Assembly: GCA_903896675.1 (NCBI GenBank)
Contig: CAITYU010000078.1
Coordinates: 6,228-70,227 of the forward strand
Direction: 5' to 3'
Source of the DNA: an uncultured Planctomycetaceae bacterium
GTDB lineage: Bacteria > Planctomycetota > Planctomycetia > Planctomycetales > Planctomycetaceae
DNA: 64,000 nucleotides
Part shown: in pieces, positions 1 through 12,051 of the stretch
Layout: every line of letters begins with the position of its first letter
Numbering within the stretch: the stretch's first letter is position 1
Notes under the pieces: model-generated
What the model was told of the DNA's origin: nothing
Database searches by the model: none
The model's input: only the letters and a program-made list of their open reading frames with translations
Made by a program: the position numbers and the translations under genes

Positions 1-1398
1 ACGAGCCCCCGGGATCTTACTAAGCCTGCGCAGCATCCCCGACAGCATCACCACATCCGTCGGCGGATGCCAGTCACGCAGTGACACCTTCAGCTCCTGC
101 ACCGACTGCGCATAATTCCTGTCCATCCATGGCGACTCACGCTCCAGGTCCGGCTTTTCCCGCTCGTGCACCGCATCCACAACAGCAAAACCAAAAGCCG
201 CCGCACGACAGGCCTGTCGCAACTGCTGCAGATGAATCTCCAGCGGGCCCGCAGACTCCATCTCGCCGTACACTGCAGCAATATCCCGCAGCACACTGCC
301 ATACTGCTGCCGCAACCCCGCATCCGCTTCGATGTAAGCCTGCAGTTCCGCTTCCTGCTGCAGACGCCGCTCAACAATCTGCGCTCGCTGCAGACCCTGC
401 AACTGCCCACGCGAACGCTTTTCCACATTCGCCAGAGATTTCGTACGCGATGCATGCCTGATCGCCACCGAACGATCACCTGCTCCGGCCTGCTCCATCT
501 CCCGAATCTGCCACTGATACAGCTCGACGGTCAGTGGCAGTCGCACACGACTCTCGTACTGCAGAAAACTGGCAGTTCGATGTCGCGCCGTTCGCCCCGG
601 ATAACCCAGCAGAAATACAGCGTCACCCTCGTCCACACCTGCCGACTGCACACGCAGAAATCGCTTCGGACGATACGGTATATTCTGCTCTGACCACGTG
701 GCAGAACTTCCATCCGGAGCCGTGTAGGCTCGCATAAAGGAAAAGTCCCCGGTGTGTCGAGGCCACTCCCAGTTGTCCGCCTCGCCACCAAAATTCCCCA
801 CGGATGCCGGTGGGGCAAATACCAGTCGCACATCCTTCAGGTAAGTATACAGAAACAACACATACGTCCGCCCGGAAAACATCTCCGCAGCTTCCGCTCG
901 CAAACCCGGATGCTCTCGCTCCGCCGCAATCTCCAGCTCCTTCCGACGTTTTTCAATCGCCTTCGTCCGCTCCAGAAACGACATACCCTCACGCACTACC
1001 GACAACACCTCTGCAGAAATGTCCCGGTAGTTCTCCGTAATACGGACCTGATAATCCGGAGCCGGAATCTCCTCTGCACGACTGCCGGCAATAAAACCAT
1101 TCGTCAGCAGATCGCGGTCACTGGTGCTGGCCTTCTGAATCGCGTCAAAGGCACAGTGGTGATTCGTGATGATCAGACCGGAATCGGAAACAAACGAACC
1201 CGTGCAGCCATTCACCCGGCAGATGCCGTCAACAAGACTGATCTCGCTGGGATTGAACAACTGCTCCGCCGTCAGCTCAATTCCCCGCTCGCGCAGATTC
1301 ACCCGCGGCAACTCGCTCATGGGAAACATCCCATCATCCGCCAGCATGTTCGGTACTCCGGAAGTCAACAGCGCAATCAACAACAGTGAGGTTCTCAC
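1..1398 (-). CDS. Family S46 dipeptidyl-peptidase (DPP7/DPP11-like), C-terminus cut by the window edge
   Basis: Absent from the ORF track because the stop lies left of base 1. My reverse-strand translation from GTG (1396-1398) reads MRTSLLLIALLTSGVPNMLADDGMFPMSEL...VNGCTGSFVSDSGLIITNHHCA...FGGEADNWEWPRHTGDFSFMRAY...LLGYPGRTAR. It shows a signal peptide, the ITNHHC catalytic-His motif and the GYPGRT motif typical of S46. The frame stays open to base 1. Confidence 0.85.
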   Translation of the reverse strand, partial: MRTSLLLIALLTSGVPNMLADDGMFPMSELPRVNLRERGIELTAEQLFNPSEISLVDGICRVNGCTGSFVSDSGLIITNHHCAFDAIQKASTSDRDLLTNGFIAGSRAEEIPAPDYQVRITENYRDISAEVLSVVREGMSFLERTKAIEKRRKELEIAAEREHPGLRAEAAEMFSGRTYVLFLYTYLKDVRLVFAPPASVGNFGGEADNWEWPRHTGDFSFMRAYTAPDGSSATWSEQNIPYRPKRFLRVQSAGVDEGDAVFLLGYPGRTARHRTASFLQYESRVRLPLTVELYQWQIREMEQAGAGDRSVAIRHASRTKSLANVEKRSRGQLQGLQRAQIVERRLQQEAELQAYIEADAGLRQQYGSVLRDIAAVYGEMESAGPLEIHLQQLRQACRAAAFGFAVVDAVHEREKPDLERESPWMDRNYAQSVQELKVSLRDWHPPTDVVMLSGMLRRLSKIPGAR

Positions 1399-1468
1399 CC
1401 GGCATCCCCCCTTTTCACCCAACACAACCGACACCACTCAGCACGATTCCTGTTCGCTCACGGCAGTG

Positions 1469-2431
1469 TCACACCGCCCCCTCCCAACTCGACCACCACG
1501 CTCGGAACAGACTCCATTGTGCTTTCAGAAAGTTCAGCTGACTGTCACTCAGCCTGTCTGCACTGCCAATCTGATACTGATACTCCGCATGCCCCTCCAG
1601 CACCATCAGTGCCTTGTAGTACAGCACCAGATCAGGCCCCTCGTCATACGTTGACAATACCAGCAGCGATTCACTGAGCTGCTGCGCCAACACACGGGAC
1701 TTCGCACAACCGCCGGCAGCTCGTTCGCACAGTGCCACCAGTCGCAAAACCTCCTTCGGCAGTGCATTGCCCACACCCGTAATCGCGCCACTGGCTCCGC
1801 AGTTCACATAACCGTGATAGACCTGAGTATCCACGCCCACCATCAGTGTCAGTGAAGCATCACGGCTGGTGATATGCTCAGCAGCATAACTCAGCGACTT
1901 CGCACCGCCGAATTCCTTGAACCCCACCAGATTCGTAAACTCCTGCCGCAGGTCAAAAAACAACTCGGCTCGAGTCTCAAAGCCGTAATACGGGCTGTTG
2001 TAAATCACGGCCGGCAGACCATCAGCAGCCCGCAGCACACCCGCAAAATGCTGCCTCTGAGCCGCTGCGGATGTTCCCCGCGAAAGCACTCGAGGTATCA
2101 CCATCAGACCCGCTGCACCTGCCCTGCGAGCATGAGCGGCATGAGCCGCTGCCAGCGCTGGATTCTGAGCCCCCGTTCCCACAACCACCGGCACGCCCGC
2201 TTGACACAATCGCTCCACACCTTCCTGACGCTGAGCGTCCGTCAGCAAAGGCCAATCCCCCATGGAACCACAATACACCACCCCACGCATTCCCGCCCCA
2301 ACCAGTCGCCGGGCCGTGCTGACAAGAGCATCAAAATCCGGGTGACCTGAAGCTGAACACGGGGTCATCAATGCAGGAATACAGCCGCGAAAAATATTGC
2401 CAACCTCAGACATTTGCAGAATACCGCCCAT
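1469..2431 (-). CDS. Dihydrodipicolinate synthase/N-acetylneuraminate lyase family class I aldolase
   Basis: 320-aa ORF with GSMGDWPLLTDAQR, VGTGA, YNSPYYG and the Schiff-base Lys context VGFKEFGG, which is the DapA-family pattern. An alternative ATG lies at 2413. Confidence 0.85.
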   Translation of the reverse strand: MGGILQMSEVGNIFRGCIPALMTPCSASGHPDFDALVSTARRLVGAGMRGVVYCGSMGDWPLLTDAQRQEGVERLCQAGVPVVVGTGAQNPALAAAHAAHARRAGAAGLMVIPRVLSRGTSAAAQRQHFAGVLRAADGLPAVIYNSPYYGFETRAELFFDLRQEFTNLVGFKEFGGAKSLSYAAEHITSRDASLTLMVGVDTQVYHGYVNCGASGAITGVGNALPKEVLRLVALCERAAGGCAKSRVLAQQLSESLLVLSTYDEGPDLVLYYKALMVLEGHAEYQYQIGSADRLSDSQLNFLKAQWSLFRAWWSSWEGAV

Positions 2432-2686
2432 CAGAAAACCCGAAAATTCGCCATACCTCGCACCCTGTCACGGGCACCCAACACCTGAATCCTACAGCAT
2501 TTCGCACTGCGAATCGCGTCGATCATCAGGAATCACACCGATTTTCAGTCGATTCCAGACCCCCAAATGGGCTGGAACTTGTTACCAACTTCCTCTCAAA
2601 TACCACCCGTCTCAGACTGCACCGGACACGGTTTCCGATCAGCCTTTCCGCTTACGCACACTGCTTCCGACAACCAATCCATCCCC

Positions 2687-2986
2687 ATGAGCGATCGCAA
2701 CTACTCTCCCTACCAGCAGAAAGTCATCCAGCGGTACTACGACAACCGCGAACAGATGGATGAGCAGCGACTCGCTGAACTCGTCACCAACCTCTATCTC
2801 GCTCCACCCAAAAAACAGGCAAAGCTCTGGGAGTCCGCCGAAGAACTCATGACTCGCATGCTCATCCCGGCTACCCGCATCGCTCACGTCATCAAAACAA
2901 AGGACGCCGCCGTCCTCGCCAAAGTCGTTGAAGAAATCCAGAAAGGTGTTCTCAAACGCGATCCGCCCCCCAAAAAAACCACCTGA
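2687..2986 (+). CDS. Small hypothetical protein (99 aa)
   Basis: In-frame ATG at 2687 within ORF 2567-2986. The sequence MSDRNYSPYQQKVIQRYYDNREQMDEQRLAELV... has protein-like, helical and charged composition, unlike the upstream part of the ORF. No recognisable family. Confidence 0.55.
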   Translation: MSDRNYSPYQQKVIQRYYDNREQMDEQRLAELVTNLYLAPPKKQAKLWESAEELMTRMLIPATRIAHVIKTKDAAVLAKVVEEIQKGVLKRDPPPKKTT

Positions 2987-3014
2987 CACACTGCACAATT
3001 CCGCCGATACCCCC

Positions 3015-3560
3015 ATGTCCAACCTGCTGAATTTCCTGCTCTACGAAGTCGGCTGGCTGGCCTGTATGGGAGCATCCGCCGCAGGACACTCGCAAATCGG
3101 CATCGCCTCCGCCGTACTGCTCATGGCTGTGCACCTGCAACTGCACCCACGCCGCGGACGGCAAATCCTGCTCATGACAGTCGCCGCCGTCGCCGGACTC
3201 GTCGTTGACTCCCTGCTCATCGCCGCCGGAATCCTCAGGTTCTCTCAGGCCGGCCCCCTGCCCATCCTGCCACCGCTCTGGATGACTGTCCTGTGGGCTC
3301 AGTTTGCCACCACCTTTCCCAATTGCCTCCGCTGGCTCTGCCATCGCCCCCTGCTCGCCGCCATACTCACGTTCGCCGGTGCCCCGGCAACATTCCTCGG
3401 CGGCCAGCGCATGGAACTGGTGCAGATCGCTCAACCCACACTGCCCAGCCTGCTGCTGCTGGGCAGCCTCTGGGCGGTGACAGTCCCCCTGCTGCTCTGG
3501 TGCTCCACCAGACTGCACCCCGGGCCACCCTCCAGCGATTATTACACCTGCTGCAACTGA
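3015..3560 (+). CDS. Small polytopic membrane protein (resembles the DUF2878 family)
   Basis: ATG at 3015 gives MSNLLNFLLYEVGWLACMGASAAG... with about 5 hydrophobic helices. The upstream part of ORF 2928-3560 overlaps the previous gene and is not membrane-like. Confidence 0.7.
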   Translation: MSNLLNFLLYEVGWLACMGASAAGHSQIGIASAVLLMAVHLQLHPRRGRQILLMTVAAVAGLVVDSLLIAAGILRFSQAGPLPILPPLWMTVLWAQFATTFPNCLRWLCHRPLLAAILTFAGAPATFLGGQRMELVQIAQPTLPSLLLLGSLWAVTVPLLLWCSTRLHPGPPSSDYYTCCN

Positions 3561-5654
<2,094 letters not shown>

Positions 5655-5695
5655 TGCTCTCGCCTCGGAATAAAGAACGCAGCGCCCGACCGGAA

Positions 5696-6898
5696 TCACC
5701 GCGGAACAGGCACGATCTTCAGATCGTCAAGGTCCAGTTGACCCACAGCACCATTCAGTCCAATGCGAAAGATCATCTCCTTCGCTTCAGCAGGCACCTG
5801 CACCACTGAGCGCACATCCTGCCAGTCCAGCGTGCCCCGCCAGCGACCAATCACTACAGCCCCGATTTCACGCCGCACACCGTCATAAAAATGTACCACC
5901 ACCGCGGCCTGCCCTGCCGGACCCGCACCCGGTACAACTCCCGTACAACGCATCCAGAACTGCATTCGCAGCGCTGCCAGACGGCGCCCGTTGACGGCAG
6001 TCCCCTGCAGCGCCTGAGACAGCGAATCCGGATCCGCGTTCTCAAATCTCAGATACTGCTGCCCTTCCATCGCTCCGTCCGTTTCAAGACGAGCATTTCT
6101 CTGGTAGTGCCAGCCATCCACTCGCTCATCACCATTCTCGTCGCGCTCAAAACCACCATTCACAATCTGCGGCTGATCCGGATCCGGCTGCACCCGCCGC
6201 TGCTCCTCGGACTCTCCTGTCATCGGCACGAACAGCGTCGAAATCAGCCTCTCGTCCTGCAGCAGCCCATTTTCCTTCCTCAGCAGGTGAAACGACTGCT
6301 GGTAACGCTCACCCATCGGAATGATCATGCGCCCGCCTTCCTTCAGCTGATCAATCAGCGGCTGAGGAACACTTTCCGGTGAACACGTCACGATGATTCG
6401 GTCAAATGGCGCATGCTCTTCCCAGCCCTTGTAACCATCCCCCTCCCGGACATGCACATTCTCGTATCCCAGGTCCTGCAGCCTGCGCGCTGCCTGCTTT
6501 GCCAGCTGCGGAACTATCTCGATCGTGTAAACATCCCGACAGATCGCACCCAGAACCGCCGCCTGATAACCACTGCCCGTACCGATCTCCAGAACCCGAT
6601 CCTCCGACCCCGGATCCAGTACCTCAGTCATGTAAGCCACTACATACGGTGGCGAAATTGTCTGCTGATTGCCAATCGGCAGGGCCGTGTCCTCATACGC
6701 CCGCCCGCGGTCTGCAGTCCTGACAAATTCATGCCGAGGCACCTTCCGCATCGCCTCAAGCACACGCGGATTCCGAATCCCCTCGGCCTCCAGCGACCTC
6801 AGAACCATCGCCTCTCGCTGCTGCTCAAAACGCTGCTGAGCCATCCCGACCGAGCTGGCAGTCACAATCAGCACGCTGCAGACTATCAGCCGCTGCAT
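5696..6898 (-). CDS. pcm: Protein-L-isoaspartate O-methyltransferase fused to a C-terminal CBM-like jelly-roll domain
   Basis: The Pcm core is present: VPRHEFV, QTISPPYVVAYM, VLEIGTGSGYQAAVL and FDRIIVT. About 170 extra C-terminal residues begin with the NGGFE..DGW signature of CBM4_9-like domains. Start is ambiguous: ATG 6898 gives a hydrophobic leader, while ATG 6844 gives a canonical cytoplasmic N-terminus. Confidence 0.9.
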   Translation of the reverse strand: MQRLIVCSVLIVTASSVGMAQQRFEQQREAMVLRSLEAEGIRNPRVLEAMRKVPRHEFVRTADRGRAYEDTALPIGNQQTISPPYVVAYMTEVLDPGSEDRVLEIGTGSGYQAAVLGAICRDVYTIEIVPQLAKQAARRLQDLGYENVHVREGDGYKGWEEHAPFDRIIVTCSPESVPQPLIDQLKEGGRMIIPMGERYQQSFHLLRKENGLLQDERLISTLFVPMTGESEEQRRVQPDPDQPQIVNGGFERDENGDERVDGWHYQRNARLETDGAMEGQQYLRFENADPDSLSQALQGTAVNGRRLAALRMQFWMRCTGVVPGAGPAGQAAVVVHFYDGVRREIGAVVIGRWRGTLDWQDVRSVVQVPAEAKEMIFRIGLNGAVGQLDLDDLKIVPVPR

Positions 6899-6941
6899 TA
6901 GCGTTTCACGCAGCAAACACATCATCCGCCCCCCGTCACTG

Positions 6942-8147
6942 TCACGTCGTGTACTCAGAATTCAGCCTCACATATTCGGCTGTCAGATCCGATGTCCAGA
7001 AACGAGCACTGCAACTGCCGGATTCCGGACCACCATGCAGGGTCAGTTCCAGATGCACCTCGCGGTCGGACTTCAGCCCCCGCGATACAACCGCGGCATC
7101 AAAAATCGCGGGAGTACCAGCCCGATAAACCTCAGTCCCGTTGATCCGCAGTGAAAGATACGCCGGATCAAATCCCACACCACTGTAGCCCGCCGCGGAA
7201 ACTATCCGTCCCCAGTTCGGATCCCCACCCGTAATCGCTGTCTTCACGAGCGCACTGTCGGCTATCGCCCGCGCCATCTGTCGAGCAGCCGAACGTGTAA
7301 CGATTCCCGCCACGTCCACCGTAATGAAATGATCTGCCCCCTCAGCGTCCCGTATAATGCTGGTTGCCAGATGCTGACAAACCTGCCGAATCCCCGCTGC
7401 CAGCTCCGCCAGATCGTCAGCTCCCGGATTCACGCCGGATGCTCCGCTGGCCAGCAGCAGCACCGTGTCACTGGTACTCATGTGACCGTCCACGCTGATA
7501 CAGTTGAAGGTGTCCTCCACACCCGCACGCAGCAGTTCCGTGCACTGCGCAGGCGTCAGCAGCGCATCCGTCAGCACAACACCCAGCATGGTTGCCATAT
7601 TGGGAGCAATCATGGCTGCACCCTTGCAGACACCCGCAATCCGAACACTGCCACCACTCAGCGACAGATCCACAGAGGTCAGCTTGGGGACGGTATCCGT
7701 CGTCATCATCGCCGTTGCAGCATCCAGCAGCGACTGATCATCCGACGCCAGTTTTGCCGCAGCCTGCGGTATCCCGGAAAGCAGCAGGGGCATCGGCAAA
7801 GGCACACCAATCACCCCGGTTGAACACACCAGCACGTCCTCCGGACGACAGCCGATCGACAACGCCAGTTCGGCCGTCATCCGCTCAGCATCCGCTATCC
7901 CCGGATCCCCGGTCGCTGCATTCGAATTGCCGGAATTGATGATTACCGCACGTGCCGACCCGGACGGAACACGCCGGCGAGAGACAACAACAGGAGCACC
8001 GCAGACACGATTCGTGGTGAATACACCTGCAGCGGACGAAGGCCCGTCCGCCACGAACAGCGATAAATCCGACTTCCCACTGACCTTGATCCCGCAAGTG
8101 TATCCGGCCGCACGAAATCCACGCGGCAGCTTTGCCTGTCCAGTCAT
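6942..8147 (-). CDS. argJ: Bifunctional glutamate N-acetyltransferase/amino-acid acetyltransferase
   Basis: MTGQAKLPRGFRAAGYTCGIKVSGKSDLSL, TTDTVPK and the self-cleavage context ATMLGVVLTDA are the classic ArgJ pattern. Start placed at ATG 8147, which matches the usual ArgJ N-terminus. Confidence 0.9.
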   Translation of the reverse strand: MTGQAKLPRGFRAAGYTCGIKVSGKSDLSLFVADGPSSAAGVFTTNRVCGAPVVVSRRRVPSGSARAVIINSGNSNAATGDPGIADAERMTAELALSIGCRPEDVLVCSTGVIGVPLPMPLLLSGIPQAAAKLASDDQSLLDAATAMMTTDTVPKLTSVDLSLSGGSVRIAGVCKGAAMIAPNMATMLGVVLTDALLTPAQCTELLRAGVEDTFNCISVDGHMSTSDTVLLLASGASGVNPGADDLAELAAGIRQVCQHLATSIIRDAEGADHFITVDVAGIVTRSAARQMARAIADSALVKTAITGGDPNWGRIVSAAGYSGVGFDPAYLSLRINGTEVYRAGTPAIFDAAVVSRGLKSDREVHLELTLHGGPESGSCSARFWTSDLTAEYVRLNSEYTT

Positions 8148-8212
8148 CTCTCTCGCCGTTCCCTCTGCTGATCCTGACCACCACTGCAATCCGTACCCAC
8201 GGCCAACACCAC

Positions 8213-9643
8213 TCACTCCGCCAGCAGTGTCTGCACCATGTCATGCAGCGCCTTCGCGTTGGCCTCGCCGGAACCTACCTTAATCATCCGCACATTCCCC
8301 TGCCTGTCAATCAGCACCGCATGCGGAATGCCCGTCACCCCAAACTGTTTCTGCATCGCCGATTCCTTCGGAGTCACAATCGTCGGATGACGCAGTTCAT
8401 GATGCTTCATGAACTCTTCCAGCATCCCCAGTTCCGCCTCCATCGACACATCACCCTCGGCACGAGCGGCCCGCTTCGTCTCGGCATTCCACTGATAACC
8501 ATACTGTCGGGTGACACCCACAATCTCCAGCCCTCGACTGTGGAACTCGTCATACATGCTGTTCAGATGAGGAAATGTTGCAATACACGGACCACACCAG
8601 ATCGCCCAGAAATCCAGCAGCACAACTTTGCCCTTCAGGGATTCTGCGGTCACAGCAGCTCCGTGTGCCGTTGCGGCAATGTCCAGTGGGGGAGCCGGTT
8701 TCCCGATCATCTGCAACTGCAGTCGAGCTGATTCGATGCGACGATCAAGCGGTGCGTACATCGCCACAGCAGCCTTCACCGCCGGCTGCTCCTTCAGAGC
8801 AGATTCCGCCGCCAGCGCCCGCGCAGATTCCAGAATCCGAGTCGCAGCCTCCGGATCCGTGCCGGAAAGGCGCGACGCCTCAGAGCCCTGCAGACGCAGG
8901 TACTCAGACATCACGGCTGAAGACTCCGGCAGTCGTTTCAGAGCATCAGCAAAAAGTTCCTGCAACTGCTGCTTTACGGCCCCCTGCTCCGCCTCAGACT
9001 GGCCCAGTGCAGGCATCTGCAGACCCTGCAGCAACTTCGCCGCTGCCAGTACCGCGTCCTCAGAGGTTGACGCCTGCTCGATGGCCGCACGCAGCGACTG
9101 CAACTCCTCGCGAATCGCCGCCACGGCATCCTGAGAACGACCACTGCCAGCCAGCAACTCGCCACGCAGCACCGTCAGCTGAGCAATCGGCTGCAGATAT
9201 CGAGCGTCCCTCGATTGCTCTGCCACCTTTCGCAGACCCGCCAGAGCTGTTTCGGCACGAGAAGTGTCCGGATTGCCGGCACGGCGAGCATAACTGTAGT
9301 ACATCTGGACCGACGACACAGTCATCCTCGCCGCAGTCGGGTCATCCAGATGCTGCATCATTGCGTCACAGCCCTGCTCTGCCTGCTTCAGTGCCTCCGG
9401 CAGCTTTCCCGCAGCCACGTAACGACTGGCCACAAGGGAACGATAACTGTGCAGGCGAAAATTCGCAGGGTCAGCCGCAATCGCATCATCCAGCAGCTTC
9501 GCACCGTTCTCCGGACTTGCCTGCTGCAGCTTCTGCAGCAGTTCAGCCGGGGCCGCGGAATTCGTCTGCGCCCAGCCGGTTACCGGCAACAACGCCCAAC
9601 CCAACAGCAACGCCAGTAACCGTACCCTGTTTCCAACAGCCAT
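8213..9643 (-). CDS. Secreted TlpA-like thiol:disulfide oxidoreductase with a long helical (TPR-like) N-terminal domain
   Basis: The C-terminus has LLDFWAIWCGPCIATFPHL, a thioredoxin-fold WCGPC motif. The signal peptide is MAVGNRVRLLALLLGWALLPVTGWAQ from ATG 9643. About 330 Ala/Leu/Gln-rich helical residues lie between the two. Confidence 0.85.
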   Translation of the reverse strand: MAVGNRVRLLALLLGWALLPVTGWAQTNSAAPAELLQKLQQASPENGAKLLDDAIAADPANFRLHSYRSLVASRYVAAGKLPEALKQAEQGCDAMMQHLDDPTAARMTVSSVQMYYSYARRAGNPDTSRAETALAGLRKVAEQSRDARYLQPIAQLTVLRGELLAGSGRSQDAVAAIREELQSLRAAIEQASTSEDAVLAAAKLLQGLQMPALGQSEAEQGAVKQQLQELFADALKRLPESSAVMSEYLRLQGSEASRLSGTDPEAATRILESARALAAESALKEQPAVKAAVAMYAPLDRRIESARLQLQMIGKPAPPLDIAATAHGAAVTAESLKGKVVLLDFWAIWCGPCIATFPHLNSMYDEFHSRGLEIVGVTRQYGYQWNAETKRAARAEGDVSMEAELGMLEEFMKHHELRHPTIVTPKESAMQKQFGVTGIPHAVLIDRQGNVRMIKVGSGEANAKALHDMVQTLLAE

Positions 9644-9766
9644 CACCGACCCCTCACAACCCGAATGCAGGAAAAACAGACGCCGAATGCTCCCGCGAAA
9701 CAGGCCCAACTGCAAGTGGATCAGGAAAAATTCTGCCAGACGTCCCTGACTGCAGTTCACAGAGCC

Positions 9767-10900
9767 TCAGTTTGACGGACGCACACTGTACACGTAGCGG
9801 TTCTCCGGAGTTTCCGGACTTCCGGTGACAGCCAGCGCCGTCACCATCACGCAGGGCTGAAATCGCAGCCGGACAGTCTGTGCATCTGACTGCACGGCAT
9901 CCACCACCCGTACCGCCACTGCACGCTGCAGCGAAACTCCAGTACTCGCCAGACGACTGCACAGCATCAGCAGACTCGGTTCCACTCGTCCGGCCGCCAG
10001 CTCCGCCTGCACTTCCGCCAGTTGCTCCGCCTGCGGCTGCAGCGCTGGAAACACCATCGGCAGAAACAACTCCTTCAAACCCAGAACCTCCAGATCCGCA
10101 GACCTCAGACCTTCTTCAATCTGACGCTTCAGTGATCTGGCCGCAGCCTGATCACCACCACTGAAATCCAGTAATGCCAGCTCATCAGGACCGCCAGCGG
10201 GATCAGTCGTCAGCTGAACGAGAATTTCCGGGATACCGTCCGGTCCCTGCTCGAAAATTCTCAGTTCCGAATTCCATGACACCTCGTCCGAGCCCCCCCG
10301 TTGCTCGATCTGCGAAGTCCACCAGCCCGACCCGGCCGCGCCCGGATCATCGCAGATCGAAAATGGCAGCATGGGAAGTGTCTGACCGGGGGCCGGACGA
10401 AATGATACCGGCCGGTTTTCCAGACTGACTGTCGCCGCCGCTGAACACTCCGACACATTCAGCAGACTGCCCGGACGACGGTAAATGCGACCATCCGCCA
10501 TCGGATGTCTCACTCGCACTGCTGAAGGAACGGGAAACGACGCAGCATCCGCAGAATTGTCCCGCCAGATATACTCCACATCCGCTTCATTCAGAGGCGG
10601 AAGCTGCGATCTCTCAGAATACCAGTCGGCCTGATCAAGAGCCGCTTCGGTGCACGCCGCCTGCCGACCGTCGACCTGAAACTGCTGGTAACTGCTGCGC
10701 AGCAGATCGTCTGCCAGCCACTTGTGAGCAGCAGCAATGGCCGCAGACTCACAGCAGTTGCGAGCCTGCTGCATCAGCCCCGACAGCAGCCACAGATCCA
10801 GCACGAGGAACGCCAGCAGGCCGACAAAACTGAGTGCTGCCACTGACCACACAGACAGCACGCCGGAACGAGCCACACAGAGCCGCAAACTGGTCGCCAT
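9767..10900 (-). CDS. TadG-like pilus-assembly protein (putative)
   Basis: ATG at 10900. The N-terminus ARSGVLSVWSVAALSFVGLLAFLVLDLWLLSG...AAIAAAH resembles the TadG N-terminal membrane anchor. It sits directly downstream of cpaB and tadE-like genes on the same strand. Confidence 0.6.
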   Translation of the reverse strand: MATSLRLCVARSGVLSVWSVAALSFVGLLAFLVLDLWLLSGLMQQARNCCESAAIAAAHKWLADDLLRSSYQQFQVDGRQAACTEAALDQADWYSERSQLPPLNEADVEYIWRDNSADAASFPVPSAVRVRHPMADGRIYRRPGSLLNVSECSAAATVSLENRPVSFRPAPGQTLPMLPFSICDDPGAAGSGWWTSQIEQRGGSDEVSWNSELRIFEQGPDGIPEILVQLTTDPAGGPDELALLDFSGGDQAAARSLKRQIEEGLRSADLEVLGLKELFLPMVFPALQPQAEQLAEVQAELAAGRVEPSLLMLCSRLASTGVSLQRAVAVRVVDAVQSDAQTVRLRFQPCVMVTALAVTGSPETPENRYVYSVRPSN

Positions 10901-10980
10901 GCTGCCACACGGCAGACTCGTCCTGCACTCGGCCCTGCGCATGAGCACTCTCCTGTTGCGATAATCTGACCGCCGGAAAC

Positions 10981-12003
10981 TCAGCGCGGCACACCACTGT
11001 CCGCCGGCAGGTTGCCGGCCAGGTCATCCAGAGTGACATCATTGTCGTTAAGCTGGGTCGTGGAGGAACCTCGAATCGAGGAACTGTTCGGCGGTGCCGG
11101 TGCTGTGCGCGGTCCCGTCGGATTACCGATGCGCTCGCCATCCTCAAAATACTGACTGTTGAAACTGGGCCCGCGATACTGCTCTGTGCGGTAAGGCTTG
11201 TTCTCTTCACGAGCAACCGACTTCAGACCGAGAATTTCCATGAAGAAAATTCGGTCGTCCTCGCTGGCCTCAATACTGATGCCACCCTTTCCAGGACCGT
11301 TATTGCTGTAGATCAGGTCAATCTCACCTTTTTTCTGGGCCAGCAACGCAATTCGCGACTGCTCCTCATCCAGCTCCAGTGTCACACTCTGGCTGCCAGC
11401 CACTGTCGGTATCGGAGATCCCGGGGTCGATCGATTCACCTGCACCACTTTGACGCCCTTGAACAGCGTCGCTGTCATCGCATCACCACTGAGTGTGTCA
11501 CTGCGCGGATCCAGACCAGCGCGACGCCGAGCCGCTGCAGAGACATCCGCCTCATCCACGGTCAACTGCACATCCACATACTGCCCGGGTTTCAGCTTCG
11601 CATTCAGGGCCGCCGTCGTCGGACTGACACGCACGACCACTGCACGATTTCCTTCAGCGATATCCAGCTCAGGAAAATCTCCCGGCGCGTAAAACATCGA
11701 TCCTCGCAGCGGAGTCGCAGCGGTGATCTTCTCCCGGGAAATGCGGTTGATGATCGTGTCCGCGTTCAGCATTGTGTCCGGTTCAAGAGTCTTGCTGCGA
11801 TCCCACGGCCCCATGCCGATGTGTGCTCGAGTAATCGTCGTGCCGGGCTCCACGTCAGTCTGAAGCATGGGAATTGTGCGAGTCGTTCGCGGAGACTCAG
11901 TGACCGGAGCCCGCCCGAATGCCAGCTTCAGCATGTAACCGGCAGCCAGAGTACAGACAATCGAAAATGTCGCAATCGTCAGCATCCACGGCGTGATCTT
12001 CAC
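10981..12003 (-). CDS. cpaB: Flp/Tad pilus assembly protein CpaB (RcpC-like, SAF/beta-clip)
   Basis: An N-terminal TM segment (MKITPWMLTIATFSIVCTLAAGYML) is followed by a SAF-like segment (VEPGTTITRAHIGM...) and then NRAVVVRVSPTTA...LKPGQYVDVQLTV, typical of CpaB. The C-terminal tail is long and disordered. Confidence 0.8.
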   Translation of the reverse strand: MKITPWMLTIATFSIVCTLAAGYMLKLAFGRAPVTESPRTTRTIPMLQTDVEPGTTITRAHIGMGPWDRSKTLEPDTMLNADTIINRISREKITAATPLRGSMFYAPGDFPELDIAEGNRAVVVRVSPTTAALNAKLKPGQYVDVQLTVDEADVSAAARRRAGLDPRSDTLSGDAMTATLFKGVKVVQVNRSTPGSPIPTVAGSQSVTLELDEEQSRIALLAQKKGEIDLIYSNNGPGKGGISIEASEDDRIFFMEILGLKSVAREENKPYRTEQYRGPSFNSQYFEDGERIGNPTGPRTAPAPPNSSSIRGSSTTQLNDNDVTLDDLAGNLPADSGVPR

Positions 12004-12051
12004 AGGTGTCTCCTTCAGTACTCAAAACGCTCTCGATGCCGCATGGAAAAC

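Noticed and set aside
8575-9828. Long + strand ORF (417 aa). Similar + strand ORFs occur at 40651-42108, 45862-46866, 47880-49313, 58909-60237 and 60241-61065.
   Set aside because: The translations are Pro/His/Thr/Arg/Gln-rich and low in complexity. Each lies exactly antisense to a gene with strong family motifs (TlpA-like, rng, DAP-decarboxylase-like, NPCBM/poly-Gln, acs). They are shadow ORFs created by the C-rich + strand.
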